A stretch of DNA of 64,000 bases from an uncultured Bacilli bacterium (lineage in GTDB: Bacteria > Bacillota_I > Bacilli_A > RFN20 > CAG-826): assembly GCA_934725985.1 (NCBI GenBank), contig CAKVCX010000002.1:193578-257577 (forward strand), given 5' to 3'. Positions 40,488 through 50,155 of this stretch are shown in pieces. How positions within the stretch are numbered: position 1 is the first letter of the stretch; the number at the start of each line of letters is the position of its first letter. The notes beneath the pieces are model-generated. The model was not told where the DNA came from. It was given only the letters and a program-made list of their open reading frames with translations, and ran no database searches. A program made the translations under genes and the position numbers.

Positions 40488-42158
40488 ATGGATGAAAAAA
40501 TAAAATTATTTGCCTTGGGTGGCTTAGATGAAGAAGGGAAAAATTGTTACTGCGTCGATATCGACGGTGATATTTTCGTCATTGATTGCGGGGTACGCGA
40601 TCCTGACAAAACGATGCCTGGAGTTGATTATGTCATTCCTAGATTTGATTACCTTATCGAAAACAAAAACCGCATTAAGGCTTATTTTTTGACCCATGGC
40701 CATGATGATGTAATCGGTGCGTTGCCTTTTATTTATCCTCAGGCGCCCGCTCCTGTTTATGGTTCAAAAGTAACATTGTCCATGCTAAAAATGTTTAGCG
40801 AACACGTTAAAAAAGATGCTAGCAGATATGATTTGCGCGTTGTCGAACCTACTTCAAATTTCAAAGTGGCAGGCAGGGAAATTAGTTTTTTCCATACGGC
40901 GCATAATATTGCGGGAAGTAGTGGTATTTCAATTTCAACTTCCCAGGGCAACATTGTCTTTATAAGCGATTTTGTTGTTGAAAATGCTGCCTCTCCTTCA
41001 TATTTAAACGATTTTAACGCCTTGGCAAAGATTGCCGAAAGGCCAACATTGGCTTTGCTTTCCGAATCTATTTATGCGGGCAGACCCGGTTATACTGCTC
41101 CCTTATATAAACTTACGCCCCATATTGAGGAAATGATAAAAAATGCAGAGGGTAGAGTTTTTATTTCTATTTTTTCCAATGATTTGTATAACGTTTCCGA
41201 ATTAATTGCTCTAGCTATAGCAAATAAGAAAAAGATTGTTTGCTATGATGAGGCCGCTGCTTCGATTCTAAAAACATTGCAAGGTTGCGGCGAGCTTATG
41301 ATCCCTAGGGATAATTTTGCTTCTTTAGACGATATTTTACGGCTCCGTGACCAAGATACGGTTGTTTTGATGATGGGCTTTGGGTCTAGACTATTTAGAA
41401 AAATTGCTTTATTGGCTTCAGGTCAAAACGAAGATAAGCGCATAAGGCTAAAGCCAACGGATTCTTTTATCATCGCTTCCATGAGCGACGATAATTCAGA
41501 AATAGAATATACCGATGCTGCCGATGAACTCTTCCGTTCCGGCTGCCATGTTAATCTTATTTCTAAAAAGACTTTCTTAAGGATGCATGCTTCCGAAGAA
41601 GACTTAAAAATGATGGTTTCTTTATTAAAGCCTAAATATTACGTCCCCATCCGCGGCTTTTATAAAGATTTATTGCACAACGGCATGCTAGCATTATCAA
41701 TGGGCGTCAATTTGAATCACCAAAATGTTTTCGTGATGGAAAACGGGTGTTGCGTAACTATAGATCATTCCTCGGCCAAGATGGCATATGATGCTCTTAC
41801 TCATGGAGATTTGCTTATTGATGGAGAAGGAGTGGGCGATGTTTCGAAGCAAGTACTTGAGGATCGTTCAAAATTAGCCGAAGGTGTTGTTTTGATGGCA
41901 CTTACCATTGACAAAAAGGCAAAAAAGATTATTGCTGGCCCAGATATCCAAATGAGAGGATTCCTTTTTGCTAGGGAAGCCGATGTCGTCTCTAGAGAAA
42001 TTTCTAAAGTCTTTTTAGCCACTATTTCCGAATTCTTGGAAAAATCTTATTACAATTCGGATGAAATGAAACAAAATGTCTACGAAAAATGTCTTAGGAC
42101 CATTAGGAGAACTACAGGTAAAGAACCTATGGTCATCCCCTTAATTGTAGAAATTTAA
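40488..42158 (+). CDS. rnj: Ribonuclease J
   Basis: MBL HxHxDH (THGHDDVIG), beta-CASP and C-terminal domains. ~555 aa. Confidence 0.9.
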   Translation: MDEKIKLFALGGLDEEGKNCYCVDIDGDIFVIDCGVRDPDKTMPGVDYVIPRFDYLIENKNRIKAYFLTHGHDDVIGALPFIYPQAPAPVYGSKVTLSMLKMFSEHVKKDASRYDLRVVEPTSNFKVAGREISFFHTAHNIAGSSGISISTSQGNIVFISDFVVENAASPSYLNDFNALAKIAERPTLALLSESIYAGRPGYTAPLYKLTPHIEEMIKNAEGRVFISIFSNDLYNVSELIALAIANKKKIVCYDEAAASILKTLQGCGELMIPRDNFASLDDILRLRDQDTVVLMMGFGSRLFRKIALLASGQNEDKRIRLKPTDSFIIASMSDDNSEIEYTDAADELFRSGCHVNLISKKTFLRMHASEEDLKMMVSLLKPKYYVPIRGFYKDLLHNGMLALSMGVNLNHQNVFVMENGCCVTIDHSSAKMAYDALTHGDLLIDGEGVGDVSKQVLEDRSKLAEGVVLMALTIDKKAKKIIAGPDIQMRGFLFAREADVVSREISKVFLATISEFLEKSYYNSDEMKQNVYEKCLRTIRRTTGKEPMVIPLIVEI

Positions 42159-42203
42159 TTTGACCCCCCTTTATATTTAATTGTTTTTTATTAAAATAAA
42201 AAC

Positions 42204-45131
42204 ATGGCTGAATCTAGTAAAAAAATCATCGATTATAATAGCAAATTAAAGAAAGCATTTGGCTTATTGCTTGTTTTGTTTTCTCTTCTTCTTTTGCTTT
42301 CCCCAGGAACTCACCTATTTCCCCTTAGCTATCCTTTTATTTCCTTATTTGGGATGATAGGGCATGTATGGATTTGCCTTTTTATGATATTTCTGGGCAT
42401 TTATGTTCTTTTTCTCTCTCCTTTATTTAAGATAAGGCCTCATTTTGTTATCGCCTTTTTCTTTTCTTTATTTTTCCTATGTTCTTTGTTTAGCCTAATT
42501 TATAACATAGGGATGTGTTCATATTCTTCTTTGTCTTCTTTTTTTGATTATTTATCAAGCGATTCTTCCAGCTTAAAGAATTCTTTTGATTTTTCTTCTG
42601 GTGGTGGGATTTTTGGCTATTTTTTCAATGGACTTTTCGTTGAAACGGTTGGGGCTTGGCTTGGAATTGTTTTTTGTTTTATTTTAGGTCTTTTATCTAT
42701 ATGCATTGCCTTTATTGTTCCTATTGAAAAGCAAATTAAAAATTTAAAAGCCAAATCGGTTATTAAAAAAGCAAGAAAAGAAAAGAAAATTGATAATGCA
42801 GAATCTATTGATAATGATAGAGAGGTCTTTGAGTTTAATGATGAAGGCGATAGCAAAATTGAACCGGCTCCTATTTTTGCTCCCGAAGAAACTGACGATA
42901 GTTTCTTTTTAAAAAGCGAAGAAAAGAGCAACCCTTTATCTTCCTTTGTTTTTGAACCTGCTGGAAATGCGCCTTTGCCTTCTAGAAGCCAAACCCATAT
43001 TTCTAATCCATCTTCTTTAAATGATGTCGGACCTAAGGAGGTCCCAAATCCAAACCCATCTTTATATTCGCAGAATTCAATTGGCAAATCAGGCCTTAGG
43101 GAAGCTGTTTTTTCTCCTTCTTCTTTGCCTAGTGAAGACAATAAGGACAAAGTAGAAACTTTAAAAGAAGAACATATAATCATTGAAAGCGTCCCTTCTT
43201 CTAATAACATGCCCCATATCGAAACTGAGCCAAATTACTCTTCGTTTAATAGTCCGATCCATCCTTCTTTTAAAGAAACTACTTCAAATGAAGACAAAGA
43301 GGATAGCGACTTGACTAAAGACGAAAAAAAGCCTTTGCCATCTATTGATGAAAATAATGAAACAACAAGTGAAGTTGAGCTTGTTATAACGGAACAAAAA
43401 GGGAAAGATAGTAACGTATCTAAAGAAAGTGAGACGAAAGTAGTCCCTAATCCTTTAATGGGAAAAGAAGAAAATAAAATCGAAGAGACTCCAATAATTA
43501 CTTCCTCTTCTTTTACTAAGGAAGAAGTAGTTGAAGTTCCGCCTGTTCCTTTTAAAAACAATACTATTGAAGAGAACCCTAATATGAAAAAAGCTAAACC
43601 GCGCCCTTCTTATGTTTTCCCTACAGATAATTTGCTTCAAACTTATCCGGAATCAACTAACAAAGAGGAAATGGATAAGGAATGCCAAGAAAATTGCGAA
43701 GCCATCAATACTGTTTTTGCAAATTTAAATGTCGGTGCGAGCGTTGTTTCTTATACAATTGGCCCTTCCGTTACGCGCTATGACGTCTTATGCAATGATA
43801 ATTTTTCTGTTTCGGGATTAGGAAAAGTTATGACCGATGTTGGGATAAAACTTGGTGGCGTTCCTACTAGATTTGTGGAAATGGTCCCTGGCAAGAAAAC
43901 CTCGGCTATAGAGATTGCTAACAAAAACACTAGAATCGTTCCTTTTAAAGAAGTATTGGATGGATTGCCTACTGGACCGGATAAAAATCTATATATCCCA
44001 TTTGGGGTTAATATCGAAGGGAAAGTCATATCCGCCGATATGTCTAAATTCCCCCACATGCTTGTCGCGGGTACTACAGGTTCAGGAAAATCTATTTATA
44101 TGCATTCGGTCATTATGTCTTTGATAATGCGTAATCGTCCTGAGGATTTAAAACTAGTCTTAGTCGATCCTAAAAGGGTAGAGTTATCTAAATATAGAGA
44201 TTTGCCTCATTTGCTTTGTCCCATTATTAAGCAGGCTGGAGAAGCTAAAGTCTGTCTTAAAAAATTGTGTGATGAAATGGATAGGCGTTATACTGTTTTT
44301 GAAGAAGCTTGCGTTTCTGGCATTAGAGAATATAACGATGAGTATGCATCTAGTAAAAATCTAGAAAAGATGCCGTTTATCGTTGTCTTTGTTGATGAAT
44401 ATGCCGATTTGGTGGATGCTGAAAAATCTATTTCCGAATATATTTTACGTTTAGCTCAAAAAGCCAGGGCTGCCGGCATTCATTTATTCATTGCCACTCA
44501 ACGTCCTGACGTTAAAATCATTACTGGTACAATTAAATCGAATTTGCCTGTCAGAGTTGCTTTGTCTATGGCTAACGCAATTGATTCTGGAACGATTTTA
44601 GGACAAGGCGGAGCAGAGGATTTGGCCGGTAGAGGCGATATGCTTGTTGATTGCACTTTGATCGCTAAGAAAGATTTTGTGCGTTGTCAATGCCCTCTTG
44701 TTGAAAATAAGGAAATAATGGCGGTTGCCGATTATATCCGCGGTCAACAAAAAGTTGCCTATAATGAAACTTTCCTTGATTTAACAGATACCGAGTCTCC
44801 TACTGAAAATAATGGCGGTGAAGGTTATGTCCCTTCTACTGCTGAATTAAAAGCGGCTTCCCAAGAAGAAAAGTATCAAATGATAAAAAGTGCAGTCATG
44901 GCAAGAGAATATACTTCTATTTCTCAAATTCAAAGAGATTATGGCGTTGGCTTTCCTAGGGCTGGTAAAATTTTCTCTAGATTGCAAGCCGAAGGCATTG
45001 TTGCTAAAAACGGGGATGCCCCGACAACATCTAGAGGATGCCCTGTTATTAAACATAGCGAGGAAAAGCCTTCTTCTTCAAGCAATCCTGGCTCTTTAAG
45101 CCAATCTGAAACTACTTTTTACGCTGGTTAG
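42204..45131 (+). CDS. ftsK: DNA translocase FtsK/SpoIIIE
   Basis: N-terminal TM helices and a long S/P/E/K-rich linker. The motor domain has Walker A GTTGSGKS and VVFVDEYADL, plus a C-terminal gamma domain. Confidence 0.9.
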   Translation: MAESSKKIIDYNSKLKKAFGLLLVLFSLLLLLSPGTHLFPLSYPFISLFGMIGHVWICLFMIFLGIYVLFLSPLFKIRPHFVIAFFFSLFFLCSLFSLIYNIGMCSYSSLSSFFDYLSSDSSSLKNSFDFSSGGGIFGYFFNGLFVETVGAWLGIVFCFILGLLSICIAFIVPIEKQIKNLKAKSVIKKARKEKKIDNAESIDNDREVFEFNDEGDSKIEPAPIFAPEETDDSFFLKSEEKSNPLSSFVFEPAGNAPLPSRSQTHISNPSSLNDVGPKEVPNPNPSLYSQNSIGKSGLREAVFSPSSLPSEDNKDKVETLKEEHIIIESVPSSNNMPHIETEPNYSSFNSPIHPSFKETTSNEDKEDSDLTKDEKKPLPSIDENNETTSEVELVITEQKGKDSNVSKESETKVVPNPLMGKEENKIEETPIITSSSFTKEEVVEVPPVPFKNNTIEENPNMKKAKPRPSYVFPTDNLLQTYPESTNKEEMDKECQENCEAINTVFANLNVGASVVSYTIGPSVTRYDVLCNDNFSVSGLGKVMTDVGIKLGGVPTRFVEMVPGKKTSAIEIANKNTRIVPFKEVLDGLPTGPDKNLYIPFGVNIEGKVISADMSKFPHMLVAGTTGSGKSIYMHSVIMSLIMRNRPEDLKLVLVDPKRVELSKYRDLPHLLCPIIKQAGEAKVCLKKLCDEMDRRYTVFEEACVSGIREYNDEYASSKNLEKMPFIVVFVDEYADLVDAEKSISEYILRLAQKARAAGIHLFIATQRPDVKIITGTIKSNLPVRVALSMANAIDSGTILGQGGAEDLAGRGDMLVDCTLIAKKDFVRCQCPLVENKEIMAVADYIRGQQKVAYNETFLDLTDTESPTENNGGEGYVPSTAELKAASQEEKYQMIKSAVMAREYTSISQIQRDYGVGFPRAGKIFSRLQAEGIVAKNGDAPTTSRGCPVIKHSEEKPSSSSNPGSLSQSETTFYAG

Positions 45132-45134
45132 CTA

Positions 45135-47204
45135 ATGAAAGACACTTACGTAAACGCCAAATTAATCGATTCAAATTTGATTAGGGTTTCTATCTTTTCT
45201 TCTATTTTTTTTGATTATGAAAACGTCTATTTAATTATCGATGAAAAAGAAGAAATAAAATTAGACAAGCCTAAAATTTCTTCTTTGCCCTCTATTGCGC
45301 TATTAGAATTTCTTTTACCTTTTAATATCGAATTGGGTCATTCTTATTTTTTGTCTTTTTCAACCTGTGGGCGAATTCCTCTTGACGTTAGCGAGGCTAC
45401 TAATTTTCCTAACTTTGACAAAGATTATTTTTATGGAGGCGACGATCTAGGGGCTATTTATTCAAAAAAAGAAACTTCTTTTGCTTTATGGGCTCCATTA
45501 GCTTCTAAAGTACTTCTTTGCCTAAAAGAGAAAAACGCTTCTAGTTTTAATATATATCCTTTAATCAGGATGAGTTGTGGCGTTTTTAAAACTATTATTA
45601 AGGGTGACCTTGATGGAGCTTTGTATCATTATTTAGTTACCAATAGCGAAGTTCAAGTTCGCGTTAACGACCCCTATGGAAAAGGAAGCATTGCTAATGG
45701 AGAAGAAAACGCCGTTATCGATTTTTCTAAACTCGACAAGGATTTTAAACTTGAGCATTTAAAGAAAATAACCAGTTTAAATCAAGCCATAATTTATGAA
45801 GTTAACGTTAGGGATATGACCATCTCTAATCATACTAATATAACTAATAAGGGCAAATTCAAGGGATTATATGAAAAAAAGAAAACTACTTTAGGTGGCT
45901 TAAAGGCTGGATTTGACTACATTTGCTCTTTGGGAATAACTCATTTGCAATTAATGCCGGTTTCGGATTTTAAAAGTGTTGATGAACTAAATCCTGATGA
46001 CAAGTACAATTGGGGATATGACCCTTCGCAATATTTTGTTCTTGAAGGAAGTTATTCTACCAATTCAAATGACCCCTATTGCCGCATTAAAGAATTTTTG
46101 GAATTAGTAAAATCTTATCATGAGGCAGGGATTAGGATAGTGATGGATGTTGTTTTTAATCACGTTTATGAATACCAGAATTCAGCTTTTGAAAAAGTTG
46201 TCCCAAATTATTATTTTAGAAAAAAAGAAAATGGAGTTCTTTCAAACGCTTCTGGCTGCGGGAATGATTTAGCCACCGAAAAAAGCATGGTATCCAAACT
46301 TATACTAGATTGCTGCCTCTTTTATGTAAAAACATACGGAGTGGATGGGTTTCGCTTTGATTTAATGGGTTTAATTGATCAAAAAACTATTTTAAATGTT
46401 CAATCAGAGCTTAGAAAAATTAGAGATGATGTTGCTATTTATGGCGAAGGCTGGGCAATGGATTCTATTAACGGCATTATTTTGGCCAATATGTTTAATT
46501 ATTCTAATTTGCCTGATGTTGGTTTCTTCAATGACTTTTATAGGGAAAATGTTAAAAGGTATTGCGGTGGTGACATATCTACTTTAGAAAAAGTCAAGAA
46601 CGCTTATGCCGGAAGCTGTTTTGATTTTATTTTCCCTAAACATTTTTTAACGCCTTCTCAATCTATAAATTATATAGAATGTCATGATAACCATACTTAC
46701 TTTGATTTTCTTTCTTTAGCTAATCCTGCAATGGGCCTAGAAGAAAAACTGAATAGGGTAAATTTAGCGAATGCGTTGGTCCTTCTATCTATTGGGACCC
46801 CATTTATTCATGCTGGCCAGGAGATAGGGCAAAGCAAGTTTAATAAAGACAATACTTACAATTTAGGCGATAAATATAATAAATTTTCTTATTCTTTACT
46901 CGAGGAAAGAAAAGACATGTATAATTATTTCAAAGGGTTGATAGAACTTAGGAAAAAACTAGCAATCCTCTCATCGTCTTCTCTTTCTTTAATTGATAAA
47001 AATATCGATATAAGCGAGATAAATAATGCCTTAAGAGTTAAATTAATTGAGAAAGGCCCATTAAATAAAGATTATGAAATCGAATTGATTTTCAACCCAA
47101 ATCGATTCGATATACCACTTGAAGATGAGACTAAAATTAGTTTAGGAAAAGGCAAAGACAATAGAGTTTTAATACCTGCTTGTTCTCTATTCATAAAAAA
47201 ATAA
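45135..47204 (+). CDS. pulA: Type I pullulanase / debranching enzyme (GH13), no signal peptide
   Basis: YNWGYDP pullulanase signature, GFRFDLM and YGEGW GH13 regions. 689 aa. Confidence 0.8.
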   Translation: MKDTYVNAKLIDSNLIRVSIFSSIFFDYENVYLIIDEKEEIKLDKPKISSLPSIALLEFLLPFNIELGHSYFLSFSTCGRIPLDVSEATNFPNFDKDYFYGGDDLGAIYSKKETSFALWAPLASKVLLCLKEKNASSFNIYPLIRMSCGVFKTIIKGDLDGALYHYLVTNSEVQVRVNDPYGKGSIANGEENAVIDFSKLDKDFKLEHLKKITSLNQAIIYEVNVRDMTISNHTNITNKGKFKGLYEKKKTTLGGLKAGFDYICSLGITHLQLMPVSDFKSVDELNPDDKYNWGYDPSQYFVLEGSYSTNSNDPYCRIKEFLELVKSYHEAGIRIVMDVVFNHVYEYQNSAFEKVVPNYYFRKKENGVLSNASGCGNDLATEKSMVSKLILDCCLFYVKTYGVDGFRFDLMGLIDQKTILNVQSELRKIRDDVAIYGEGWAMDSINGIILANMFNYSNLPDVGFFNDFYRENVKRYCGGDISTLEKVKNAYAGSCFDFIFPKHFLTPSQSINYIECHDNHTYFDFLSLANPAMGLEEKLNRVNLANALVLLSIGTPFIHAGQEIGQSKFNKDNTYNLGDKYNKFSYSLLEERKDMYNYFKGLIELRKKLAILSSSSLSLIDKNIDISEINNALRVKLIEKGPLNKDYEIELIFNPNRFDIPLEDETKISLGKGKDNRVLIPACSLFIKK

Positions 47205-47256
47205 GCCAACTAAAAATCTCCCGAAAATATGAAATCGAAACTAGGAGGTTTTTATT

Positions 47257-47553
47257 ATGATTTCATCAATATTTGTTTCCGGTAGACTTGGAAAATATGT
47301 CGGAGAAGGGATTCGCTTGCTTGAAGTAGATCGTCTTGTCCCTTCTAATCAAGGAAGATATGAGACCGATTTAATTCCCGTCCGTTCGATGCTTAGCGAA
47401 TCTAGCACATTTTATAGAGCTAACGATGGAACTTTAGCCATAATAAAAGGTAGACTGGAAACTGATAAAAAACACGGTTTGATAGTCGTAGCTGAAGTAG
47501 AGGAAATATTTTCCTTGCCTGAAAAAATGAAAAGATATACAAATTTTGAATGA
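47257..47553 (+). CDS. Miniature SSB/PriB-like OB-fold protein (98 aa)
   Basis: IFVSGRLGK...DLIPV...GTLAIIKGRLET...LIVVAEVEEIFSL tracks SsbA (VVLVGRLTKD...DFINCV...GSLAGVDGRLQT...RVFVTEVQAESVQFL). It lacks the long L23 hairpin and the acidic tail. Confidence 0.5.
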   Translation: MISSIFVSGRLGKYVGEGIRLLEVDRLVPSNQGRYETDLIPVRSMLSESSTFYRANDGTLAIIKGRLETDKKHGLIVVAEVEEIFSLPEKMKRYTNFE

Positions 47554-47584
47554 TTTTAATTGTGATATAATCAATTAGGTAAAA

Positions 47585-48397
47585 ATGAAAAAAATTATTA
47601 AGATTACTCGCTTGCTACTATTAAATTGGTACAAAATAATTTGGGCTTATTTTACTTGGATGTTGCCTTATTCTAAGCATATTGACAAGCATCCTTTATC
47701 TTTACGTTATAAAAAATTAAGGAATTTGATTATCGATGTTTGCAAATGTTTTCGAATTGAATTCAAATGCGAGAACATAGAATATCTAACGAATAGAAAG
47801 AACCAAACTTTATTAGTTTCCAACCATTTATCTGTTTCCGATGTTCTTTTACTTATTTCCTTATCGGAAAAGCCTTTGTCTTTTGTTGCTAAAAAAAGCG
47901 TTAAAAAGATTCCTTTTGTAGGAAGAGCCTTAACTTTAATAGACGGGTTGTTTTTAGATAGAAGCGATGTCAAACAAGCCGTAAAAGTATTTCTTTTGGC
48001 AGAAAAAAGAATGAAAGAAAATGATATTTCCTATTGTATTTATCCCGAAGGTACTAGAAATAAATATCCTCTTAACGGAAAAGTAGGCGATTTTCATCCA
48101 GGTTCTTTAAAAATAGCCTATAAAAATAAGGCTGATATCTTACCTTATGCAGAATTTGGTACTCAAACTCTTTTATCGAATTCAAGCGAAAGATCAAATT
48201 ATGTTTGCATTAAGTTTTTCAAACCCATATCTTATGAGGAATATGAATCTAATTCGACTCCTATCGAGGCTTCTTTGATTCATGGAATCATTTCTAACGA
48301 AGTTGAATTGATGAAAGGCGATTACATAAAATATTATGTTGCTAGGAAGAATAAGAAACGTCCTAAGAATAAATTTTTGCCAGTAAAGAGTAAATAA
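47585..48397 (+). CDS. plsC: 1-acyl-sn-glycerol-3-phosphate acyltransferase
   Basis: HX4D motif NHLSVSDV and YPEGTR motif, with an N-terminal TM. An extended -10 (tgtgatataat) lies upstream. Confidence 0.8.
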   Translation: MKKIIKITRLLLLNWYKIIWAYFTWMLPYSKHIDKHPLSLRYKKLRNLIIDVCKCFRIEFKCENIEYLTNRKNQTLLVSNHLSVSDVLLLISLSEKPLSFVAKKSVKKIPFVGRALTLIDGLFLDRSDVKQAVKVFLLAEKRMKENDISYCIYPEGTRNKYPLNGKVGDFHPGSLKIAYKNKADILPYAEFGTQTLLSNSSERSNYVCIKFFKPISYEEYESNSTPIEASLIHGIISNEVELMKGDYIKYYVARKNKKRPKNKFLPVKSK

Positions 48398-48398
48398 A

Positions 48399-48797
48399 AT
48401 GAGAGAAGCGAAAGAAAGAAAGTCATCTTTATTTAAAACGAATTGCACTGCTTTGGTTCTTGGCCCTTTAGCCATCTTTCTTGGTTTGATTTTTTCGACT
48501 AAAAATTATGTCTCTTCTTTAGATAATAGTCCCATTTGGCCTTATTTATCTATTTGCTTGCCTTATGGATCGGTTTATTTTTTAATGGCTTTGTTAGGTA
48601 TGTTATTTTTTTCTTTTTATGATAAAGGCTGGGCTAAAAAGGCTTTATTTATAATCGGTTTTATTGCTTCTATTCTAATTTGTTCAGGTTCAGTTACTTT
48701 TTTCGTTCTACTAAAGGATATTTCTTTAGGCATTTGTTCCATTGGCATTGGAGCTTGCTTATTGGTTTTATCGATTTTAAATTATTGCGATAGATAA
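48399..48797 (+). CDS. Small four-helix membrane protein, unknown function
   Basis: 132 aa and hydrophobic. Starts 2 nt after the plsC stop. Confidence 0.4.
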   Translation: MREAKERKSSLFKTNCTALVLGPLAIFLGLIFSTKNYVSSLDNSPIWPYLSICLPYGSVYFLMALLGMLFFSFYDKGWAKKALFIIGFIASILICSGSVTFFVLLKDISLGICSIGIGACLLVLSILNYCDR

Positions 48798-48799
48798 AT

Positions 48800-50095
48800 T
48801 TAGTAGTTTCTTCTTAATCCCTTGGGGTAGTGGTTTTTAGCTATCCTGGAACTGATTTTTATAAAGCCAAGATTTATTTTTTCATATGATACTGTATGGT
48901 AGCCATCGCTTTCATTTAAGGTAAATGTTTCTCCTAAAAGGTATTTTTTTGTTTGTTCTAGCGACAAAGGAATGTCTTTGTATTTGATAGCTTTAGCTAA
49001 ATGGTAGGCCGGTATGAACCTATCTTTTATGGATTCAACTTCGATCCCATAACGAATCAAGTCCAATTTTTTGCAATTAAAGGGTCTAGATAAAGAATAA
49101 ACGTTATCCCTTATAAGAATGTTGCTTCTTGAATTTAAAAAGGCCAGATTGATAAAGTCGTCTTTCGCTTTGGACTTATATTCCTTTTTGGATGTAAAAC
49201 AAGGGCAAGGCGAATTACCTTCTTTTTTTAGCAAAGCTATAAATTGTCCTTCGCCTTTATATAAAGAAGGCAAAAGCCTTATTGACTTGCTTAATTTGGG
49301 ATGGTGGAAAAATGATTTATCATCAAAAGGAGATTTTATAATCTTAAAATCATTATGATTGTTTAAAAAGGAAATTATTACATCTTCATCTTCTTCTATG
49401 GAAAAAGAACATGTTGAATAGGCTATAATTCCACCTTTTTTTACAAAAGTAGAAGCTAAATCTAATAATTCTAGTTGCCTTTTTTGGCAAGATAATACTT
49501 TTTGGTACGTCCAATCTTCCTTTGCTTTTTTATTTTTTCTAAACATGGCTGAGCCAGAACAAGGGGCGTCTAGAATTATCTTGTCGAACTTATTTACAAA
49601 ATTTTCTTTTTCTTCGTTAAGGTCGCCACAGGTAACAACCACATTGCCTAAGCCCATTCTTTCAATGTTTTTTGAAGTCTCGAGACTTCTTTGATAAGAA
49701 ATATCGTTAGAGACTATTAAACCCGTTTCTTTTAAAAGAAGGCTAGCATTGATGCTTTTCCCTCCTGGTGCCCCGCACATATCTAGGATCTGTTCGTTTT
49801 CTTCCGGCTGCAATAAATTTACTACTAGATTCGAAGATGGGTCTTGAATATAAAAAGCCCCGATATTAAAAAGAAGGGATTTTCCTAAATCATATTTGCT
49901 TTTATTGAAATAATAAGAATTTGGTATTAACAAGTTCTCTTCTAAATCTGGATAGAATTTTTTAATAGTTAGGGAATCTATTTTGTTTGTATTTAATACC
50001 AAACCGTTAATTTGCCGTTCTTGTTCTAACTCTTCTAGCAAAGAATAAGCTAGCTTCTCTCCAATAGAATTTATCAAATTAGTCTTAAAATCCAT
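48800..50095 (-). CDS. RsmB/RsmF (NOL1/NOP2/Sun) family RNA m5C methyltransferase
   Basis: DMCGAPGGKS SAM motif, DAPCSGSAMFRKN catalytic Cys and a C-terminal PUA-like region. Confidence 0.75.
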   Translation of the reverse strand: MDFKTNLINSIGEKLAYSLLEELEQERQINGLVLNTNKIDSLTIKKFYPDLEENLLIPNSYYFNKSKYDLGKSLLFNIGAFYIQDPSSNLVVNLLQPEENEQILDMCGAPGGKSINASLLLKETGLIVSNDISYQRSLETSKNIERMGLGNVVVTCGDLNEEKENFVNKFDKIILDAPCSGSAMFRKNKKAKEDWTYQKVLSCQKRQLELLDLASTFVKKGGIIAYSTCSFSIEEDEDVIISFLNNHNDFKIIKSPFDDKSFFHHPKLSKSIRLLPSLYKGEGQFIALLKKEGNSPCPCFTSKKEYKSKAKDDFINLAFLNSRSNILIRDNVYSLSRPFNCKKLDLIRYGIEVESIKDRFIPAYHLAKAIKYKDIPLSLEQTKKYLLGETFTLNESDGYHTVSYEKINLGFIKISSRIAKNHYPKGLRRNY

Positions 50096-50155
50096 GATGT
50101 TATTATATTTAAGGATAGATAGGTATACAATTTAAAAGGAAAGAGAGTGTTGCTT

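Noticed and set aside
42617-43561. Minus-strand ORFs (197 aa and 108 aa) inside the ftsK linker region
   Set aside because: They are antisense to the Ser/Pro/Glu-rich ftsK linker. Low-complexity coding sequence yields long spurious reverse frames.
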